Assembly (NCBI RefSeq): GCF_001194135.2 | Contig: NC_068994.1 | Coordinates: 48,763,923-48,827,922, forward strand | Origin: Octopus bimaculoides | Taxonomy: Eukaryota | Direction of reading: 5' to 3' | Length of the DNA: 64,000 nucleotides | Shown: positions 37,485 through 50,795 of the stretch, one piece after another | Layout of the letters: every line of letters starts with the position of its first letter | Position numbering within the stretch: the stretch's first letter is position 1 | Notes under the pieces: generated by a model | Told to the model about the DNA's origin: nothing | What the model saw: the letters and a program-made list of their open reading frames with translations, nothing else | Databases searched by the model: none | Program-made: the position numbers and the translations under genes

Positions 37485-38197
37485 AATATACAGAGTTTAT
37501 AAAATTTCTAGATTAGTTTTCTGTATTCATTATAAATTATTATTTAATATTTGCACTGCTGTTTTGTCACTAAAACCCTGAGGTTTTGAATTCCCCTGTG
37601 TCACATTTGTGGGTCAAATCCCATTTATTGCTTCCAAACTTTCCTTTGTTCTTTCTGTGTAAGCGTGTTTGTTTATATATGGGTATTCTTTCACATAAGG
37701 GATGAGAAAATAATTCCATTTTATTTATTCTTGCTGGAATATGAAAGCCAGGAATGAGGGTGTTCATTGTCTTAGCCAATGACTATGAATAACGATGATG
37801 ATGGTGGTTAAAATTATAGTGGTCATCATTGTTTGAGTGTCCGTTTCTTTCCCTCACGTGTTGGTCAGTGTGTGCTGTCATATAGTGATCCCTGCTCAAA
37901 TTTCTCACATCTCATAAAACATCCTTCCCGGTTTGAACTTATTTTCTTCCCATGTCTTCTTTTCTGCTTCAGATAAATACTACAATGTCATTTTTCATCT
38001 TTTGTAGATAATGTAAACAAGAGCGTCCATTGTCATGTTGCTTCGCAGCAGTTGTTGATCATTGTTAATGATGATAAAAACAAATGATAAAAGTACTAAA
38101 GTATATGTGCATAAAAATCTATCTGAAATAAGTATCTGATTAATATAATGAAAGTTAAAATTTTCAGTCTTGGGAAAATTTTGTACATTAAAGATAT

Positions 38198-38590
38198 CTC
38201 TTTTACTCTTTTACTTGTTTCAGTCATTTGACTGTGGCCATGCTGGAGCACCGCCTTTAGTCGGGCAAATCGACCCCAGGACTTATTCTTTGTAAGCCTA
38301 GTACTTATTCTATCGATGTCTTTTGCCGAACTGTTAAGTTACGGGGACGTAAACACACCACCATCGGTTGTCAAGTGATGTTGGGGGGACAAACACAAAC
38401 ACACACACATATATACACACATATATATATATATATATACGATGGGCTTCTTTCAGTTTCCACTCACAAGGCTTTGGTCGGCCCAAGGCTATAGTAGAAG
38501 ACACTTACCCAAGGTGCCACGCAGTGGGACTGAACCCAGAGCCATGTGGTTGGTAAGCAAGCTGCTTACCACACAGCCACTCCTGCGCCT
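38198..38590 (-). mobile_element. Near full-length, young SINE family A
   Basis: Minus strand: AGGCGCAGGAGTGGCTGTGTGGTAAGCAGC...GGTTCAGTCCC (Pol III boxes), CORE-like GGCACCTTGGGTAAGTGTCTTCTACTATAGCC, internal microsatellite, tail ...TGACTGAAACAAGTAAAAGAG. Confidence 0.93.
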
Positions 38591-38599
38591 TGGTGACAT

Positions 38600-39780
38600 T
38601 TCCAGCATTGTGAAGTATCTGCTGTACCTTATGTAGTTCTTGAAAATGCAATATAGAAGTTCGAATTGATCAGTTAGGAAGAGCAGACTTATTTTACTCA
38701 ATGATTGATGGAGATTTATTGATTGTCATTGTGAAAGCAGCTTGGATTGGAAAATGCAAGTGTGTAAAGGTGGCAGAATGCGTCAGAAGGTCTTAGTTTA
38801 ATTCTTTTCACAATTACATGTTTTCCATTTGGTGACAATGTAACCTTCAATCAGGAGTTCATGCAACTTAATTTTTTTTGAATTCTTGTTCTGTCACAAA
38901 GTCTGTTTATCAGTGCTTAAAGTATTGCAATATCCATTGCATCACATTTCCTTTACAAGGTCAAAATATGGGGAGAGATTCACTCTACCAAAGTTTAGAC
39001 TGTTAGGAACAAACATTGATGAAAAAAATGTATAGATTTTCTTCCTCATTACAAGAATCAATGCTTTTGTTAGTGACTGTTTCTCCACTGAATATGTTAA
39101 TAATTTCCTCGTTTGTAAAATCAACAACTGCATTTACTAATGGGGATAGTACTGCTCCTTCTGTGCATTGCTCAAAACTTGATATATCATTTCACATTCA
39201 TTTGATACAGCTTCAATGCCATTTGGAAGCTCAGTCTTGCTATCAGTATCCTGTTGAACATGAGTCAGAAAAATCAGCACTGTTATGCCTCCGCTTTGAT
39301 TCTGTAGTTGCATATCCACGTTTCATTTTCATCACTCTCTTCCAAAATGAAGAATGTAGCAAATCTGTGCTCATCTTGGCAGCTCTGCCAAATTTCTTTA
39401 AAATTGGAAGTATTTGCTAAAAGTTGCCTAGAAACATCAAGATCTTGCCACCCAAAGGTAAACCATTTTGCGAAATGATTTTCCTTTTGTGCTATCAACA
39501 GCTATGAACATGTGCTATCAACAGCTTCATGCGCATATCTCAATATTTGTGGAGCTTCATTCCAACAGATGAAACCATAGTCTTGAGTTATTTTTGCTAG
39601 TTTGCTGTTGACATCAATGCTGAAAACTGAAATTTGTAGTCAATATAAATTGGAATATAGAAAGTTATATGAGCTGATTAGAACAACGTTTTTAAAACAA
39701 CACAGCCAGTCTTATACTTTTAGCAGTGAGAACTCATTGATTCAATCATACTTGTATCTGCACAGTCTGAGACAGTGATT
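38600..39780 (-). pseudogene. Fossil Helitron RepHel PIF1-family helicase domain
   Basis: Ordered, frameshifted motifs on the minus strand: SAHITFYIPI; ICWNEAPQILRYAHEAVDST (Walker B region); GGKILMFLGNF*QILP; VLSPLVNAVVDFTNEEII...GE...KSIDS; HVIVKRIKLRPSD; HFPIQAAFTMTINKS. Confidence 0.85.
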
Positions 39781-41137
39781 GCTGTAAGTATCCTATAAAT
39801 TGTTCTTCCAAATGGTTTCCAATAGTTCTATATTTATAATTTTGTTAGAACTCTATAGAAACAAACATGTTGAAATTATTTGCTGTGTGAGGTTTATCAT
39901 GTTAATCTAAGTTTATCAGCTAATGTGTGTATGGAAGACTTTTTTTTTTACTCCAAGAATTCAGTTGAAATAACCTATGCCTTTGACTTTTTCGAATGTA
40001 TTTTCTTCATAATTGACTATTTTCTTCTGTTCTATGGAGTGTGGCTCCTATTTCAGAAGCAGTAAAAGCCTCATAATTTCTCATATACCATAAAGCAATG
40101 ATCAAACTGAAATGTACTAAAAGACAAGTTGCCGAGTCAAGTGAGATATATGATAGGCAGGATGTAAATGCTTAAGAATACATAATGTTCATACAAGTTC
40201 AATGGAAGTGCCAAGGACATGGTTTTATAAGAATCAGGTATTAGTCCAGTTGAAAGCAGGTGAAAGATATCACTTTCAAGTCCCTATATGTACACACTAG
40301 CTTTGAAGCTGGGTTCTGCTCATATGTGTTCCACTTCATGTGAAATTTAATCTTGTGTTGTAGAAGCAGTCAGTGTTAGTTCATTTAATTTTTCCAGTAT
40401 ACATCTAGTGTATGCATGATTTTGAAAATGTTAACATTGTCTTGAATTGACTGATAACATAAACTTAACTATTCATGAGCTCTACTGTTGAGTTATATAC
40501 ATATAGTAAATATTCATCTACAGATGATGGAAAAAAAAAATTACATATAATACAGAAGACTTAACATAAACTGGATTGCAAACTTCACCTTATGCTTTAC
40601 ATTAAACATTAAATTATTAAATTATTACTGAAGCAAAAAAAGAAGAAAAGTGCAGTCCTTCTTCCAGATGGAAACAAAAATAAAATGGAAAAATAATGTG
40701 TAGTGAATGATACAACATTATAATGTATCATTTGATTTTTAGGAAACACCTCCCTCCACACTTCATTTCCAAAGGTCGAGTTGCTGGTCAGATTTGTGAA
40801 AGTCAAGGTCAAGTGTGTTTGTGAGTGAGTGAGTGAATGAGTGAGAGAGAGAAACACAGTTATTTTAGTAATATTGATTTTTTTATTTTATATTTGGACA
40901 CATTTTCAAATTTATAGTGAAAATGTAAATTGATCCCTCCCATAATATAAAGGCAAAGTTGCTCCAAATTCAGAACATAGAGGGATCACTGCTAGGTTAA
41001 AAATAACAGTAATGATCTCTGTAAGATTGGTAGAAGGCCTCACGGTTTGAGAGAGGAGTTTAGTCAATTTAATCAACTCCAGTATTTTAAATAATAATAA
41101 TAATAATAATAATATTAATAATAATGATAATAATAAT

Positions 41138-41350
41138 CCTTTCTATTATTGGCACAAGGCCTGAAATTTGTGGGGAGGGGACTAGTTGATTACATCGACC
41201 CCAGCGTTTCACTGGTACTTAATTTATCGACCTCGAAAGGATGAAAGGCAAAGTTGACCTCAGTGGAATTTGAACTCAGAATGTAAAGCCAAGACGAAAT
41301 ACCGTTAAGCATTTTGCCAGGCTTGCTAACAATTCTGCCAGCTCGCCACC
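41138..41350 (-). mobile_element. SINE family B, full length, flanked by (TAA)n; two older copies follow to about 41672
   Basis: ggcacaaggcctgaaattt...catcgaccccag...ggatgaaaggcaaagttgacctc...gaactcagaatg...ttctgccagctcgccacc. Confidence 0.88.
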
Positions 41351-41978
41351 AAATAACAATAATAATAATAACGATAGTAATTAATTCTTACATAAGCACA
41401 AGGCTAGAAGATTATGAAAATGGGGTTTGATTAAATCGATCCCAGCATTTGACTAATGCTGTGTTGAACTTGGATGGTTGAAAGGCAAAGTTCAGAATTC
41501 AGGATGCTGTGAGTTGGAATGAATAATTGACGGGGTTTGATTATCAACTCTAGGAAGGATGACAGGCAGAGTTGACCTGAGGAGGGTTTTGAACTCAGAC
41601 AGTAAAGAGCTGGAACTAGATACTACAAAACATTTTGTCCAATGTGCTAATGGTTCTGCCAATCCACTGCCCTAAATAATATTTCTTTCTAATAATAACT
41701 TTGCCCTTATAATAATAATAATAATAATAATAATGATAATATAATGCAAATAATTGTTTGTTGCTTAATTTTGGCATCTTACCCATTCTAGTCTGAATTG
41801 GTGTAGCGCAATTATTTGAGTGCCAATATCCCTGACCCCACCCTTCTCTCTCAATACAGAAGTTTAATGGAAGGATTAGAGCTCGGGACTACAAGTCTAC
41901 AAGCCATGCATCAGTGGAACAGTCTTTTATTCTGCATGCTCCCCTTCTCCTGCCTCTCTGTCACTTATTCATTTGCAG

Positions 41979-42126
41979 TTGTGGTTGGAAGAGTCAATAG
42001 TTATAGACATTCATATTCTGGAACTTTGTTGTGTTTGTGGGAAAGCAACTTAATTCTTAGTGACTCACCTCATTTAATTGTAGATAGACAGCACTACAAT
42101 GAAGCACAGATTACTGCTCTGAGTTG
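41979..42126 (+). other. Candidate 148-nt exon (open frame VVGRVNSYRHSYSGTLLCLWESNLILSDSPHLIVDRQHYNEAQITALS)
   Basis: Strong acceptor CCCCTTCTCCTGCCTCTCTGTCACTTATTCATTTGCAG| and donor TTG|GTAAGC; one frame is open (phase 1 in, phase 2 out). Confidence 0.45.
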
Positions 42127-42367
42127 GTAAGCGTCACTGAACAATCAATTGGTATTTTAGTTAGTTTGTCATGGTTATATTTATATACTCTTTGTTGAGT
42201 TTTAGTTGAAGAGTTGGTTTGTACTTTTCATGACAAGGTCTTCACTAGTGCTATAGATGTCCAGTGGTCTATAAGATGCCATATGTCTGTCCGTCCATCT
42301 TTCTATCTATGTGCCTGTCTGTTCATCCATCTGTCTGTATCTATCTGTCTCTGCCTGTTTGTGTCTG

Positions 42368-42400
<33 letters not shown>

Positions 42401-42564
42401 TTCCTTCTTTCTTTCTTTAATTGGCAGCATGACCCTCCCAAACTACAGCAATATTTGTTTCAACACATGATTTCACACGAAGAGTCTTGTCAAAGAAATA
42501 TAAAATTGAAATTATACCAACATTATAATCAGCTTTTCTGTGCTGGTATGGGTTGGTTGGTGGC

Positions 42565-42635
<71 letters not shown>

Positions 42636-43363
42636 TGTGTTTATGTGTGTGCATTATATATGTATATATACACATGCATGCACACATTTATGCATATAAA
42701 CATATCTTGATAATATCAGAAATTGATAGCCTAGTGTGTTGTGCTTCAGACTGGGCTGTTCTCAACTCTGTATGTATTTGTATACACTCACATACACATA
42801 ATTATATGTCACATGCACGCACAAATACTTAATGAATTGATGAGATTTATATGAATACATTATAATTTGTCAGAAAGGTGTGTTTGTTATTCAACATTAT
42901 AAAGAAAAGCACCACCCTTCAAATTGTTTTGTTTAAAGTGTGTATACAGAAAAGTCTACACCCCCCCCCCCACACACACGCACGCACAAATGTGTGCGCG
43001 TGCGTAAGATTTGGCAGTTTTGGTCTGAGATCAAGTGGCTGTGAAATGCAAATGAAAACAGAATGAAAACAAATGTGAGGGATTGGGGCAATTTGTTCTA
43101 TAAATATTTTTACAACATATGATTCTGGGAATGGGTGTTTCTCTAGACTTCAAACATTTTCCTCCAAATGTCGAACTGTCTGAAACTGGCCGGACCTGCT
43201 GACATTATCCGGTTTTACTTATTTTTTTTTTTCCAGCTGTATTTTCACAGCTAGCTAGGTTGGTTAGCTGTGCTACTAGCTTACCGATTAGTTTAGCAGT
43301 AACAGTGAGCTGAGTAAAATGTGGTCTTGCTTTGGATGCCTACATATATTCCTTCACCCTTCT

Positions 43364-43405
<42 letters not shown>

Positions 43406-43676
43406 AAGTTTGAGTGGAGGGCTGGAGCTCAGTGCATTACTAGTGCAATGCTAGATTTTGAACTGATATTGTGGTTTTTGTTTTTTACTTCTTTTCCTCT
43501 TTCTGCTACTCTTTTGCCTTGTTACTTGTTTCAGTATCCCCCAGTGCCATTAAAACAGAAATTGAATACAGCAGTGCTTGTTATGTGGTATGGCTGGCTG
43601 GCTGGCTGGCTGGTGGTAGTGGTTGTGGAAGTGCTTTCTTTGTGAGTTATTACAAAGTTATGGCAGAACTGGCACT

Positions 43677-43985
43677 CTGTGTGTGTGTGTGTGTGCGTGC
43701 GTGCGTGCGTGTGGTTGTGTGTGTGTATGTGTATATATGTATGTGTATATATGTATGTGTGTGTATGTATGTGTGTGTATGTAAGTGTGTGTATGTATAT
43801 ATGTGTGTATATGTGTGTGTGTATGTGTGCATATGTAAGTGTGTGTATGTATATGTGTGTGTATGTATGTGTGCATGCATATGTGTGACTGTGTATATAT
43901 GTGTGTGTGTGTGACTATATATGTATGCATGCGTGTGTATATGTATGTGTGTGTGTGTGTGTGTGTGTGTATATTGTGTGTATGT

Positions 43986-44016
<31 letters not shown>
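43677..44016. repeat. Compound (TG)/(TA) microsatellite leading into a gap
   Basis: About 340 bp of alternating purine-pyrimidine repeats. Confidence 0.95.
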
Positions 44017-44441
44017 NNNNNNNNNNNNNNNNNNNNNNNNNNNNNNNNNNNNNNNNNNNNNNNNNNNNNNNNNNNNNNNNNNNNNNNNNNNNNNNNNNNN
44101 NNNNNNNNNNNNNNNNNNNNNNNNNNNNNNNNNNNNNNNNNNNNNNNNNNNNNNNNNNNNNNNNNNNNNNNNNNNNNNNNNNNNNNNNNNNNNNNNNNNN
44201 NNNNNNNNNNNNNNNNNNNNNNNNNNNNNNNNNNNNNNNNNNNNNNNNNNNNNNNNNNNNNNNNNNNNNNNNNNNNNNNNNNNNNNNNNNNNNNNNNNNN
44301 NNNNNNNNNNNNNNNNNNNNNNNNNNNNNNNNNNNNNNNNNNNNNNNNNNNNNNNNNNNNNNNNNNNNNNNNNNNNNNNNNNNNNNNNNNNNNNNNNNNN
44401 NNNNNNNNNNNNNNNNNNNNNNNNNNNNNNNNNNNNNNNNN
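44017..44441. other. Assembly gap
   Basis: N-run. Smaller gaps also occur at 34551-34560, 48360-48390 and 58004-58037. Confidence 0.99.
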
Positions 44442-46928
44442 CTCTATGTGGCCTGTGTGTTTTCTTCCCACTTTTTCTCACCTGCAACATTCCAAATTTG
44501 AACATTAACATCACATCTTTTATTTAGTGACTTTCATCTATCCCCCCGCCCCCCGCCCAAATTTATCTAAGATAGCCAGGAAAGGGTTTTAGGCACTGCT
44601 CTTCCATTTCAAATGCCTCCTTGTCATCCTCTTCATCTTTTCGCCCGCCCCCACCACCATTAGCATTGTTTTCTTTATTTTTATTTTATTCACCTTCACA
44701 TAATCGTCACCATTGTCCTCCTCATCATCCTCTTCGTTATCCTTACTGTCTTCCTGCTGCTTGTACCTATTGTCATTGTCACCCTTTACATCTTCTCTTC
44801 TTGCTTAAGGAATAATAATAAACCAACAATAAAAACTTGCAGTCTGATAATGTACTGCAACAAATGACAATTTGTATGATGTTACTTCCCAAGTTCTCAC
44901 ATCATCATCATGAAGATGTAGCTATTGTTTGTTGATCAGGGCCTACATCCACTGTTGTATCAAAGATGATATCATTTCCATTTCTTCACGCTGTTATCAT
45001 CAGCATTACCAGTTATCGTTGGAGAAATATCTAACAATGAGTTATAACTGTGTTGTGTCTGTATGTAGGATGAATGGGCTCAAGTATAACAGATTTAGGC
45101 CCTGTCTTATTGCTAAAGAGAACTAAATTCAGTTTCCCTGTTTTATTTCCTGATTTGGTTTTAGGAATGGTTAATAATTGATATTTGGAAAGGAAAAGAT
45201 CACTTACAAGAAGGTAAATAGCCAATCTGCCTAGGTAGGAACTATGGGTTATTGGCTTAGTGACTGTATTTTTTAGACTTCCTTGTACCAGGTTAGGGAG
45301 AATAGTAAAGAAAAACAGAAGGAAAACTAATATTGTTCATCTGGTATTTATTTAATCATTTATTTGTTGAGAATAAATATCTGGCCTCTGTTTCTGCATA
45401 ATGAGTGAATGAAGGCATCATTGCATTGTGTCATTTACTTTTTACCTTTTGGTCAGAACAAAAAGCGAAAAGAAAAAAAAGAAAAGAAAGGAAACCGAAA
45501 TAAACTAGCAGCCACTATGCAGTTAGATCACATGTTTCCTACTTAATCACTTAAAATCTATGCCTACAATAGGCTAAAAATAAAATATTTTGGTGTGTTG
45601 AAATTATTTTTGTTTATTGTTTGAGAGCCAGTTCAACATTTGAAAATAATTAATACCTTCCATTTGAAAATGGGTATTAGAAACTCAAGTAGGACAAAAG
45701 CGATCATAAAAATTAAATAGTCACGTTTCACTCAGGAAAGTTACTACTGGATTATTAAGAGGTGGTGGTGGTTGTTGGCAGTGGTGTTGGATAACTGAAG
45801 ACTTTGTCTTCATGTGTTTCTTGAGAAAGTTAGTATTGTGTAGGAGAGTTAATCTCTCTCCAGGTCACGTCTGTTAGTAAGATTTGTGTTTGGTTCTGCA
45901 AGTTAACAAAACACCTACGAGTCTGCAAATTAAGCTTTCGTTTTGATATCCAAAATCATTTCACTTTCCCTCTGATCACTTTGTGAAAAGCATGTGCTTT
46001 TCCGTTAATATATATATATATATATATATCTGAATTTATGTCTATCTAACAAAGCAGTGCTACCTTCCATCATATTATTGTTAGATTGACTGGGCTAATA
46101 GAAAATTATCTTGAGCATAGACACAAATGTTTCACAAGTGATGACACATACTAACACATTATTGACTCAGCAAGCTAATGTTGCTTTCTCTCCGGATATA
46201 CGAATACTGGAGTAGCACTGGAGTCAATATGATGACTGACTCTGCATATATTTACCATAATATTTGATGGCGGGATAATGATATAGGTGATTTGATTGAT
46301 AAATATGCTGTTCTTATATTATTAAAATTTTGGAAAAATTAGATACCAGATGGAATTTGGAGTTAGTGAAGAGAAGGATGAATAAAAAGAAAAAAAAACT
46401 TTAAGCGTTTATATAAACATATATTGTGGTACAATGTTGTAAAAATATGATGAAAATATATATCATGCTTGAAAGGTGAAAATGATTTTGATGCAGGTAA
46501 TTAATTAAAAAAAGAAATAAGATTTATTAATATCTTTATTTTTACTTAGTATATTTCCGTTTAATATGATTTTTTTTCCCTGAGGTTTTCCATTATTACA
46601 TTTTGGTAAACCAGGTGGTGGGATGAATGCAATCAGGTGATCTTAAACATCAGTTACTTTGGCATTACTTAGTCTTGTACTATAAGGTATTTAAAATGTG
46701 GTGTCTGAGCAGGTGTTTATCTCTGGTTTTAAGGTGAGAATCAGATGAAAGGAATATCTTCAGTAAACATTGTGTTATATCACAAGGTAACATTCTCAGA
46801 GATAAAGCTATCTTTCTAGAAACAATAAAATGTCTGCAACTGGATTTTAACTAGTGATCTGTGAAGATGTAATCCAATATATTGAATCCATGTGGCCATT
46901 TTGCTTAGGAACAAGTAAAATCTGTTAA

Positions 46929-47104
46929 CCTATTAGCATTTCAGCCGGCCATATCCAGCTCAAATATTCTACCTCTTTTATGCTCAAACCAACCAGATCT
47001 GGCTTCTCACACTTACCCTACAATGTCATTTTAAAAGTAAGCAATCACATCAAAATCTCCAAGCTGTGAGATACATCTGACAAAGTAATCTGAATGTTAA
47101 AGGG
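46929..47104. mobile_element. piggyBac-like MITE
   Basis: TTAA|CCTATTAGCATTTCAG...CTGAATGTTAAAGGG|TTAA: inverted termini with a TTAA TSD. Confidence 0.75.
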
Positions 47105-50100
47105 TTAAATAAAACATTCTATGAAAGACATTGACTTTGAAGAGTTGAAACACTCCTAAACCCAAACCATTTCTGTTTGAAATCCATGCCAAATTCCATT
47201 CTCCAAGCAAAACTGAAGCATCAGCTTTATCATTCATGCCAAATGTAAATCAGAGTTGGTGAGTTCAGCACACAGCTAGTCTTTGAGAAGTAGGTGTATG
47301 GTTAAGAGAATTATGTCTTTATGTCTCTGAAGAGATGGTTGTTTGGATTGTCCCATGATAATAATAATGGTTCCAGAATAGGCTTGGAACATTGATAAAT
47401 TGAAAATCAAAACTTCTAAAATTAACTTTGGGGCGTCGGTAGAAAAAGGAAATGTGACTTGAGTTACTGCTGTAGAGTGATTAACAAAACAGCATTGTAA
47501 AGCACATACACACAAACACATCACATGCGTAGGTAGAAATACTCATCTGGTTTCTTTGCTAAATGTGAGAACTAGGTTAACAAATGCCAGTATAGGTTAT
47601 TTGGTTGACTTATATTCATTAGTATAGGTAGGCCATTGAGCAACTAGAGCAAGGTCATCAGGTCCTATCTCGGCTGGAAATGACATGGTGGTATGTGTGT
47701 GTGTGTGGTGATGGCAGTGTTAGTTGTTCAGGATAAGATAGATTGGAGGAAGATTTGGTGAGAAATACAACAAAGAGAGGAAAACTATTTGAAAAATTAG
47801 GACAAGCTTGATTGGGAATGAAAGGGAAAGAGAGATGAAAGGAGAGCATTATTGATCTTTTGGATCAATAAGTCAGATTATCATATCAGACGTGTGTGCA
47901 CACACGCACGTGTAGAACCACTGTCAACACGGAGGGGAGTAACTTGCAGTTATTGAATGGTATGTTAATGATGGTGACATAGCATCACCACACTTACAAT
48001 CACCCAACCATCACACTTAACTTTCCAACTATTTCTCACACTACACCCAATAACCCCACCACCTCGTACCCAATTACAATCATATTGTCTAATTTCCTCA
48101 GACCCTGTTGTAAAAAAAAAAAAAGGGATACTTAACACCCCCACCTCCTGCCCCCAACATGAGTCCCACACTATTCCTCATGTACAAATGCATCATCCCT
48201 TTGGAGCTTCCTGCTCTTCATTTTCTGTCTCAACCACCAATAATTCAACCATACCAAATTGAACAATGATCTCACTTAATTATCAGTGTTCTTTCACCAC
48301 TAATTTTCTTCCCTAACCTAATGAAATAAGATTAAAAAACAAAATTCCATAAACATTGCNNNNNNNNNNNNNNNNNNNNNNNNNNNNNNNGGGGGGAAGA
48401 CTACTCAAGGGTGAATTTTACTATTGTTCAAGGAGGGCTTGAACTCAGTACTGCGAGTTAACAGAGTGCTCCGTTAATTATATTGTAGCAGTGTTCTCAT
48501 TTCATATCAGTTGTTGTGGTTGTACCCAATTACAACAGAGGAATAATGGTGTGCAAGTATTTGTTTTTGCTTAGCGCTAGACAGCTCTGCCTGAGCATAT
48601 CTTTGTAAAACAAAAGATAAGCTAAGCACTTTTTTATGTTATCAATTTGTGGTACGTCCTTAACCTTCCATTGTAACAGCTTGCTTCTGTTTCATTAGTA
48701 AAGACAACAGGTGAACGGGTATAATCAGTAGAACACTGCACTAGGTATGTGTATCAGTGTGGCAGGGTGGTTATGTAATTATTTCCTAGATCTTGGAAGG
48801 GCTTTTAAGGATTTGGTTCAATCACAGCACTTAGTTGATATAGGTGGAGAGAGAAAGAGAGAGAAATAATATCTCCCTCTAATTTGGACATCATTCTATT
48901 ACTGCCAATATTTCCCAAATGATCTGGTGCCTATTTCTGATGAACTGAGTTAACGTAGAATTCGGAGTGCCGTCCAAGTACAGCAGGAAAGTCCAGAAGC
49001 AAATAGCCTCAATCCCTTCTTCACTTTATTAAAAGCTATATTGTGTCTTTTAGAGATGGGAAGTAGATAGTAATGTCGACTGTTGACAAAGGGCCACTGT
49101 GATTGCTTGATCTGGTAAATATAGCAGCTAAATCTCCTTTATAATGCATCATGCTGCCTAGGAAAAGCTCACACCGGGTTATGTGATTTTAGATTAACAC
49201 TATCCGAAAAGTTTATTGGATGTTATTGCTGGCATACTTGTGATCATAGGTATGTTTGATGAAGGATGACCTGAGACTTAACAACAACCATTATTAGAAA
49301 AATAAGGCAGGGAGGTTACTTGGCATTCTGGTCAATGCTGGACATCGTCTGTTTCAGTATCTCATACTGTCCGCTTTGTTGCGCATTGCTTAGATGTGTG
49401 GGAGGTACAGTGCGACTGTCAGTATGTTGTTGCATCACTTTCACTCTCTACTTTGATTAAAAATTTTTTATGGAAAGCTCTGATGGTAGCTGCAGCCATC
49501 CACACTCTATATATGATAATCTCAATTCCTCAGGAATTCACTAGATGGTGTGGTAGCACACACACATACACGCAAACACATTTCTATCTGACTGGATTAG
49601 ACGGGAGAAAGATAGTGACTTAAAGTTGATAATTATAATGATAACGACGATGATGTTGACATTGATAAAATAAATTCTTCTTGATAGTGTGTGAGTGAAT
49701 GAGAGAGAGAAAGAGAGAGAGATTCCAGAGTGTATATGTGTAAGAGAGAGATTTCAAAGAAAGATCTTTATTATTTATGAGGTGGAAAGGAAATGGGGGT
49801 GGGGGCTGTAGGAAGATGGCATTTTTGCTGTATATTTCTTTGTTTTTCCTTTCACTCTTCACCTCTCATAATGTGTCTGCATGATTCTCCTAAAATTAGT
49901 CACTAATGTTTTTTACTTCTGGTGTTTTGTAGTTTTATGGAGAGACTAAGAGAGCTGTATGTGTGTCACTTACTGCATAGTCTGTATATAAAGGAAGCCT
50001 CAAACTCCGCAAATGAACTAATTCATGTTGTCAATGCATGCAACTTATATTATGCAAATTAGACAGACCAGTTTAGCTGAGTCCTTGTTTGTATACATTA

Positions 50101-50511
50101 TAAATAGCTATAAGCTACTAATCGCTTTGTGGATAAAAGTTGGATATTCTTTTTCTAATGAAGGTCTAAGAAGACTAGCAGCTAGTCAAAGTAATCTCAT
50201 TTTTTTTTTGTCATACATTCGATAAAATTTGGAATATAACTATCTTTTATCTTTTGCTTGTTTCAGTCATTAGACTGCAGCTATGTAGTTGACTTTGGTG
50301 GGATTCAAAGAACACCATAACAGTATCAACATCCACCAAACATGACCGGTCAGTGAGGAAGCCCCCCCCTCCCCTGTGTCATTGGTTCTCTACCAGGTTC
50401 CATTTGACCTTTGGGGGTGTATATAGGATTTTGTTGTTAAAATTTATGTGCAATAAATAGATTATATTTCTACAATACACAATCTTTTTTTTAAACACAA
50501 TTCACATATAA

Positions 50512-50795
50512 GCATCCGTGTGGTGCCATGTAAAAAGCATCTGCGCAGTGCCACGTAGAAGTGTCTGTGCGGTGCTACGTAAAAATGACTGTGCAGTACC
50601 ATGTAAAGGCGTCTGTGTGGTGCCAGGTAAAAGCACCCAGCAGACTCTGTAAAGTGGTTGGCATTGGGAAGGGCATCCAGCTGTAGAAACCATGCCAAAT
50701 CAGATTGGAGTCTGGTGCAGCTCCCCAGCTTGCCAGCTCTAGTCAAACTGTTCAACCCATGCCAGTATGGACAATAGATGTTAGATGATGATGAT
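50512..50795 (+). mobile_element. SINE family C with an internal array of five 24-25-bp units
   Basis: GTGCC-type cores at 50523, 50548, 50572, 50596 and 50620, then gggaagggcatccagctgtagaaacc...cccatgccagtatgg...gatgatgatgat. Confidence 0.8.

Noticed and set aside
49340-49410. Possible pre-miRNA hairpin
   Set aside because: Only about 11 imperfect pairs. I also noticed no exact conserved bilaterian mature miRNA anywhere in the window by eye.
50512-50640. Short regular repeats resembling a CRISPR array
   Set aside because: Head-to-tail units without unique spacers, inside a eukaryotic SINE; no cas genes.
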